From the NCBI GenBank assembly GCA_903813345.2, contig CAIIXF020000001.1, forward strand, positions 29,326,001 to 29,390,000: 64,000 nucleotides of DNA, read 5' to 3'. This DNA comes from Owenia fusiformis. Its lineage: Eukaryota. Positions 59,901-64,000 of the stretch are shown here, piece by piece (the first letter of the stretch is position 1; each line of letters begins with the position of its first letter). The notes under the pieces were generated by a model, which had not been told where the DNA came from, ran no database searches, and saw only the letters and a list, made by a program, of their open reading frames with translations. Position numbers and translations under genes: made by a program.

Positions 59901-62900
59901 TCACATTTCCATGCTAACTCAATACATCCACCATCATCACATGTAAACATTTCATTGCCACATTTGTTTGTTGCTACAGTAGGAAGTATTTAACAAATTA
60001 AATGAATATCTTCTTTAGAATAACTTTAGTTGCGCCATTCTCACGTTACCCATCATAGTTTGAACAATATATGTATGTTCTATATTGCAGATTGATATTA
60101 AGATTTGTGTACCATATGGATCTGGTTTTTACCTTAGTCTTTATGGATTAAAACTGTTTTGATGTTAATGTTCTTCAATTCATGTTTGTACTTGTATTTT
60201 TGAGTACTGTTTATATGGTAAACTTACGACAGATAATATCATATTCATCTGAGCCATCTTTGCAATCTTCTGTTCCATCACATTTCTTAGTCAAATCAAC
60301 ACAATTCCCATCAAAACATCGGAAATCATTATCAGTACATTCAACTGGGGCTAGAAAGTGAAAATCCAAATTGATATCCCTTTATGATTATAATAATTAT
60401 TTGTTCAATTTAACATAAAGAATAATGTTTAATACTAACAGATTGTGGTCAACAAACTTACGACATGTTGTTTCAGATTCATCTGAACCATCAGAGCAAT
60501 CATCATTACCATCACATTTCACTTTAGCATCAATACACTTGCCATTGTCACATGTAAAGGTATTAACAGGACACGTAATTGGGGCTAAAAGATTGAAATA
60601 AATGAGTATTTTAAGGGTGTTTTGTCAACCCTTCACAAACGTTTTATACTAGCCCTAATGTTACATAAATCAACCTCAAATTGTATACCAAAGGATTGCA
60701 ATCTAGTTCATTTAAAAATGGATGATTCAGTGAATGAAATGCATGGCGACAAGATAGCAAGAATTGCACTACAGGGGACTTACGACACAAATCTTTTGCT
60801 TCATCAGACCCATCCCCACAATCATCATTGCCGTCACACTTTCTGAGAACATCAACACAAGCCCCATTGCCACAAGTGAACTCAATATCAGTACAATCAG
60901 TGGTGGGTGCTACAATATCATTCCAATTCATTATAGCACATTCAGGAGGGGTTTCAGCTGGTAAATGGAGACGAGACACCACTCAATAAGTGTCATGTTA
61001 TTATAATAACAGAAGTGACTAATACAAAAACAACAGGATCAAGTTGGCCGAATGGCTGTTGAATCCAAATGAGTTAAGAGATGAATCAGTGTAAATATTA
61101 GAGTTAACAACTTACGTTGTTCACAAATTTCTGGTGCTTCATCTGATCCATCTTGACAATCCTTTGCCTTATCACATCTCCAACTAAGTTCAATGCACTC
61201 CCCATTTTCACATTGAAACTGAGTCTCAGTGCACACTAAATGTGATATCAAGAAAGAAAATAATGAGGGTATATCCTTGACTAATTTGTCAAGTCTGGAC
61301 TAGTATTAAAAATGTAATGTTGTAAGCTGCATGTCTGTGTTTCTAAAGCTCTGGTTTATGAAGAACTCTTTCTAAAGTTGAGGTTTACGATTTTTCATAG
61401 GTGCGATGAAACTTTTAAAAACCTGACTAACATAATTATAAGCACATTCAAACAATAGATCTGTCTTCTACCACTGATGCTAAAATAACTCTAACTTACT
61501 ACAATTTGACTCCCATTCATCAGAACCATCTCTGCAGTCCTCTAGACGGTCACATTTATAATCAACATTAATACATTCCCCATTATTGCAACGAAACTCA
61601 TCTTCTACACACGCAGCTATGTCTAAAATGTTCATGTTTCTGACTTAGATATTGAATATTTAACCTTAATGAATCCTTACGCTCTAAATCTAAAACAGGT
61701 GAATTAAAATCCAACCTACTTATAAAGGAATTTTAAAATATATAAGGAATATGTACTTCTTTGGATGTGCATTTTCTTAATTCTAAATCACTCAATGTAA
61801 TGTATGTATTTCATTTTGTAATTCCTGACTTACTACAAGTTTCGGCTGATTCATCAGAACCATCGCTACAATCCACATTATCATTGCACTTCTTAGCGAT
61901 GTTTATACATTCTCCATTATCACAACGGAAATCAGAATCACCAGTACAAGCTTTAAAACCGAATGATATGTTCTTCAGAATGTGAGTATAAATATCAATA
62001 AAACAAATCGATGTTCACTTCCATGGTTTTTCTTAATAATCAATTGGGTAATATGTTATATTTGTAACAACCAATCAGTATTAAGAGTCGAATAAAACTT
62101 ACGACAATTTTCTTCCAATTCATCTGAGCCATCGAGACAGTATTCTATACCATCACATTTATAACTACCATCTATACACTCCCCATCATTACAGCGGAAT
62201 TCACCAACAGCACAAACAATAGGTGCTAAAATATTATATCTCAAATATTGTAAAAACAACCAAAACCACACATTATATTGGTGTACGTGTCAAATATTCC
62301 ACGAAGTTCTTCTTGTATTATGTAATGTTATAATGAAATTTAAAATGGTTAAACTTGTTTTTGAAATATCTTCTTGAGGAGTTGTTGACAGATAACTTAG
62401 TTTAAATGAGGTGTAGTATTGTGTTGGAGAAAATTCTGAATTAGACCTAAACTGACCTTCAATTGTTTGCGGTTGTATGTATGCATGTGGTATGTATGTA
62501 TGTATGTGTATTGGATGTATCAGTCTAGTATCAATAAAGCATTGCTTATTAGGTTGTGGTCCATCTTGGAACATATCCCGTGACGAATTGCACTTCACTG
62601 TTGTGACAGTTGTGCAATTTTTATTGAACAATTGTTCAATAAAATACCTAAATATAAAGTATAAATGAAAAGTATACTTACGACAGTCTGCTCCAGTTTC
62701 GTCTGAACCGTCACTACAGTCAACAAAACGATCACATTTCTTAGCTATATCGACACACTGTTTGTTTTCACATTGAAACTCACTAGAACTACACTCTGAC
62801 TCTACCGGTGTTGCTAAAATATCATGCAGCATAAAATATTGATTCCAGATCAATGACTATGTGATCAAAATACTAAAGTCAACATATAATTTTTTTGTCA

Positions 62901-63615
62901 TTGATGTGACATCAGTGTTTGCAAAAAGAAAGCATAAAGGAAAAGCTTATGAATCTGACAAAGAGATTTAAACAATATATGTTTTGACAAAAAACAGGGT
63001 CAAAAGATAAAAAATAAAATAATAGAAGATGATTGTGTAATATATTTTTCTCTTTGTCAAATTAGCAGGTACGGACAATACTTTACAAACATAGAAACTT
63101 ATACTACGGAATATGTTGGTGTCAATACTGAATGGACAAAATCCGATGGTGACCACATTTTCATTTAAAGTTTGTATCAGTTCTAGTAAGCAATCCTGAC
63201 AAAATCTTTTATTGAACATTTTTGATAAAATCTAAGATAATTCAGATCCTATTTGATGCTGTCACATCATTTGAAGTTTTGCTGGCTGATTTGGAAATAT
63301 TAAATAACTAAATGGGCAACAGTCACCATCAGATAAAAGGGAAATAAACTATTGCTAAGCATTGGTTTATACTATACTAAACTTAAACTAAATAAAGCGA
63401 TCTATACTACATGTGATTGACTACAACTATGCCAAAAGAGCATGCATCCATAACAAAAATTAAAAATTTTAAAAATTCTTGGAAAAACTTACGACAAGTA
63501 GCTTCAAATTCATCTGAACCATCAGAACAGTCCTCACGGCCATCACACTTTCTCCTTACATCAATGCAGTCACCATTACCACATTTGAACTCATTATCAG
63601 TGCATGCAACTGTAA
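450..63615 (-). CDS. HSPG2: Perlecan / basement membrane heparan sulfate proteoglycan core protein, partial multi-exon gene (both ends outside the window)
   Basis: Over 100 GT-AG exons on the minus strand join in frame to give the perlecan order LDLa array - Ig - 3 LDLa - Ig - 3x(laminin B + laminin EGF) - 12 Ig - LamG - EGF - EGF - LamG. The perlecan-typical Ig motif [15 protein letters not shown] lies in exon 33794-33987. No start codon, signal peptide, SEA domain or stop codon was seen in the window. Confidence 0.95.
3324..19993 (-). CDS. HSPG2: Perlecan domain IV: 12 Ig (I-set) modules
   Basis: Exons, grouped by module: 19727-19993; 19259-19353+14857-15034; 14354-14629; 13872-14015+13550-13690; 13111-13256+12634-12751; 12318-12441+11949-12106; 10014-10292; 9706-9828+9306-9485; 8810-9070; 8434-8596+8147-8244; 4502-4588+4104-4283; 3619-3751+3324-3451. 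Most show the Ig motifs C-x-A-x-G-x-P-x-P-x-I-x-W and D-x-G-x-Y-x-C-x-A-x-N. Confidence 0.92.
6239..6283 (-). CDS. Candidate 45-nt cassette exon ([15 protein letters not shown]) between Ig10 and Ig11
   Basis: Minus strand reads ttcatctttgtgtttag|TAGCAAGATACAAACGTGATATAAACGTGATGCTCTCTGATCAGG|gtaagt: pyrimidine tract, consensus donor, 3n length, phase 1-1 like the flanking exons and no stop. A tandem NAGNAG acceptor gives a 42-nt form. Confidence 0.6.
10326..11597. mobile_element. Non-autonomous Helentron/HINE (DINE-1-like) element carrying a central satellite array
   Basis: Subterminal motif ATGTCACCAC at 10347-10356; central tandem array; GACGCC(G)-type microsatellite at ~11483-11545; terminal hairpin TATGTCACCAC-ttttg-GTGGTGACATA at 11568-11594 whose arm repeats the subterminal motif. 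Confidence 0.75.
10365..11430. repeat. Tandem array of ~125-bp monomers (~8 copies)
   Basis: The unit gaaggtcaaatgtcaaatctaaagtcagatttgaacttctgagaacatgtagatgattttgaaaaaaa...gacctttttgaccttgagaaggtcatt recurs near 10521, 10646, 10770, 10927, 11054, 11191 and 11360, with small internal duplications. Confidence 0.95.
16221..16797. mobile_element. Possible old, degraded HINE-like element
   Basis: Starts aactagagg, contains aaaatggtggc/ggccattttg-type motifs, and ends with a decayed GATG-type microsatellite and a hairpin remnant around aactttgtt. Identified by pattern resemblance only. Confidence 0.35.
17395..18020. repeat. Degenerate minisatellite, ~33-38-bp units
   Basis: The core tgaatatgtaaat(g/a)attgtgcc, followed by tctttttatt or ttttaatata, recurs roughly 17-18 times. 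Confidence 0.9.
18049..18060 (-). CDS. Candidate 12-nt microexon (TTSE) inside Ig2
   Basis: gtttctttttcag|ACCACATCTGAG|gtaaca; strong pyrimidine tract and phase 0-0. Confidence 0.5.
18231..18236 (-). promoter_or_regulatory. UGCAUG (Rbfox-type) intronic splicing element
   Basis: Minus-strand TGCATG lies ~20 nt downstream of the 21-nt candidate microexon donor. A single hexamer can occur by chance. Confidence 0.35.
18256..18276 (-). CDS. Candidate 21-nt microexon (AGGRGAG) inside Ig2
   Basis: tattctggttttag|GCTGGCGGTAGAGGGGCAGGA|gtaagt; phase 0-0 matches the flanking exons, and it is a GC-rich island in an AT-rich intron. Confidence 0.6.
20157..33074 (-). CDS. HSPG2: Perlecan domain III: three laminin-B (L4) globules with laminin-type EGF repeats
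   Basis: Exons 32950-33074, 32336-32509 ([13 protein letters not shown]), 31948-32127, 31376-31532, 31051-31157, 30682-30795, 30332-30459, 29858-30000, 29362-29585, 29038-29226 ([13 protein letters not shown]), 28807-28899, 28570-28653, 27622-27740, 27233-27344, 26860-26973, 26474-26601, 26112-26198, 25809-25953, 25442-25573, 24992-25180 ([12 protein letters not shown]), 24578-24673, 24253-24336, 21612-21839, 21225-21347, 20804-20931, 20482-20568, 20157-20224. The VE-x-C-x-C-P-x-G-Y-x-G-L-S-C motif occurs three times. Confidence 0.92.
27830..28495. mobile_element. Palindrome-rich non-autonomous DNA element remnant(s), family not determined
   Basis: CpG-richer than the surrounding intron; ~42-bp imperfect inverted arms at 28025-28067 / 28096-28137; perfect 14-bp inverted repeat acaaatattgaatg / cattcaatatttgt at 28393-28406 / 28480-28493. 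Confidence 0.5.
33281..35566 (-). CDS. HSPG2: Perlecan domain II core: Ig, three LDLa repeats, Ig
   Basis: Ig exons 35442-35566 and 34992-35139; exon 34514-34774 with two LDLa ([13 protein letters not shown]...; [32 protein letters not shown]); exon 34165-34296 (one LDLa, [16 protein letters not shown]); Ig exons 33794-33987 and 33281-33374 ([14 protein letters not shown]). Confidence 0.92.
35831..35895 (-). pseudogene. Decayed LDLa pseudo-exon
   Basis: tgaatccaatcttataacaagtcacatcagattcatc matches the 3' end of exon 36516 (tgaatcccatcttacaacatgtcacatcagattcatc), but the donor is GT->AT and most of the module is deleted. Confidence 0.7.
35978..36461. mobile_element. Tc1/mariner-type MITE
   Basis: TIRs CAGGGTGACACAAAAATGCA (35978-35997) and TGCATTTTTGTGACACCTTG (36442-36461) match 18/20; TA flanks both sides; further inverted segments lie inside. 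Confidence 0.75.
36516..38332 (-). CDS. HSPG2: LDLa exon array, 3'-most divergent block (4 exons)
   Basis: Exons 36516-36647, 36842-36961, 37578-37709 and 38216-38332 each encode one six-Cys LDLa module ending DGSDE and are phase 1-1. The last joins in phase to the Ig exon at 35566 (T|CT GTC AGG). Confidence 0.85.
37276..37517. repeat. Near-perfect 117-bp tandem duplication in an intron
   Basis: caaaatgcacctttatgaaattctacgaacg...gtaggttgt starts at 37276 and again at 37393, with 2 differences seen. Confidence 0.92.
38828..42731 (-). CDS. HSPG2: LDLa exon array, near-identical [18 protein letters not shown] block (12 exons of 123 nt)
   Basis: Exons 38828-38950, 39121-39243, 39410-39532, 39823-39945, 40107-40229, 40556-40678, 40840-40962, 41284-41406, 41692-41814, 41978-42100, 42271-42393 and 42609-42731, with gtaag donors, TAG acceptors and alignable flanking introns. 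Confidence 0.85.
43270..43392 (-). pseudogene. LDLa pseudo-exon with destroyed donor
   Basis: Copy of the TTNEF exon. Plus-strand cttacg is replaced by cttaaag (no GT), and CDGREDC has become CDRKHNS, losing Cys5 and acidic residues. Confidence 0.8.
43773..47548 (-). CDS. HSPG2: LDLa exon array, middle block (7 exons)
   Basis: Exons 43773-43895, 44196-44321, 44685-44807, 45344-45466, 45812-45934, 46909-47034 and 47426-47548 encode CIDVRRKCD-type modules. Confidence 0.85.
47836..51165 (-). CDS. HSPG2: LDLa exon array, 4x two-exon unit (mucin-like stalk+LDLa exon, then a [11 protein letters not shown] LDLa exon)
   Basis: Mucin+LDLa exons 48246-48569, 49187-49525, 50128-50391 and 50962-51165; PRKC exons 47836-47958, 48770-48892, 49724-49846 and 50549-50671. 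Confidence 0.85.
48372..48566 (-). repeat. Coding 15-bp VNTR (PV[P/V]TT mucin-like repeat); paralogous tracts at ~49313-49522, ~50253-50388 and ~51087-51160
   Basis: Plus-strand unit acaggagttgtaggg and variants; translates in the exon frame as [15 protein letters not shown]. Confidence 0.92.
51349..63615 (-). CDS. HSPG2: LDLa exon array, older divergent block (31 exons; continues past the window edge)
   Basis: Exons 51349-51477, 51728-51856, 52139-52249, 52400-52525, 52693-52815, 53321-53443, 54333-54446, 54735-54860, 55456-55578, 55716-55844, 55982-56110, 56332-56457, 56640-56762, 56950-57078, 57403-57522, 57788-57910, 58130-58249, 58403-58525, 58788-58910, 59189-59311, 59563-59685, 59851-59973, 60228-60350, 60462-60584, 60784-60909, 61116-61235, 61500-61622, 61834-61950, 62103-62225, 62682-62813, 63493-63615. 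All are 3n in length, phase 1-1, with one LDLa each. Confidence 0.85.
53077..53143 (-). pseudogene. Truncated LDLa pseudo-exon
   Basis: The acceptor and [14 protein letters not shown] are retained, followed by an internal deletion; there is no DGSDE and no donor. Confidence 0.7.
54540..54602 (-). pseudogene. Partial tandem duplicate of LDLa exon 54333-54446
   Basis: A ~155-bp local duplication (54385-54539 vs 54540-54690) copies the acceptor and 5' half of the exon only, with a Cys->Tyr change and no donor. Confidence 0.75.
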
Positions 63616-64000
63616 CTACAATAAGGGGAGCACAGGTCTTAGAGCATGCCACCTGAGACTACTTACAGTAAATACCAAATCAAAAAATGGATGAAATGAA
63701 AGCTTCAAAACTGGCAACTGAATACAAGATTCATTTGAACATGCAGGCACTGAGATTTTCAATAACAGCTTTCCCTGAAATGCCCTTTATATAAAGACAG
63801 ATAAGGTATATCATATCATGGTTAAATGTTATAACTCATACTTGTCAAAAATTACATTAAGAAGATAGTTTATTCAAGGATTTAATAATTGTCTTGAACA
63901 GTCAATGCCCATCACTGCTCCAAGCAAATAACTATATGTGCTAAGTCTGATAACTTTGATCACTAAAACTAAGTCACTCTTTGACAAGTACAAGTGAAAC

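Noticed and set aside
62290-62853. 187-aa ORF, the longest in the track
   Set aside because: Only 62682-62813 is an LDLa exon; the rest is intron read-through past a consensus gtaagt donor.
36516-63615. LDLa array as a separate LDLR/LRP/vitellogenin-receptor gene
   Set aside because: No YWTD propeller, EGF-precursor, transmembrane exon or stop codon was seen, and the array joins the perlecan Ig exon in phase ~950 bp away. It is not formally excluded without transcripts.
1104-63656. Numerous short plus-strand ORFs in the six-frame track
   Set aside because: They are mostly antisense shadows of perlecan exons or chance AT-rich ORFs; no coherent plus-strand gene structure was seen.

Overview
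AT-rich animal genomic DNA, probably a lophotrochozoan and mollusc-like (inferred from intron style and a Helentron/HINE-type repeat). Essentially the whole window is the interior of one minus-strand, multi-exon perlecan (HSPG2/trol/unc-52 family) gene that runs off both ends. Reading 5'->3' on the minus strand (right to left), the order is: (1) a very large array of single-module LDL-receptor class A (LDLa) exons at 36.5-63.6 kb, with 62 intact phase-1/phase-1 exons by manual count plus 4 decayed copies, still open at the right edge; (2) Ig, 3 LDLa, Ig (domain II core); (3) three laminin-B/L4 domains with laminin-EGF repeats (domain III); (4) 12 Ig modules (domain IV); (5) LamG1, 2 EGF and LamG2 (domain V, truncated by the left edge). 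The most notable observations are the actively duplicating and decaying LDLa exon array (including a 4x two-exon unit with variable-length mucin-like Thr/Pro/Val stalks), a candidate 45-nt cassette exon that would insert an R-Y-K-R furin-type site upstream of the last two Ig modules and domain V, and 12- and 21-nt candidate microexons inside an Ig loop. Introns carry a HINE-like element with a ~125-bp satellite array, a Tc1/mariner-type MITE, a minisatellite, palindromic element remnants and a possible fossil ORF. Exon borders were read by eye from GT/AG sites and frame continuity and may be off by a few bases; no transcript evidence was available.
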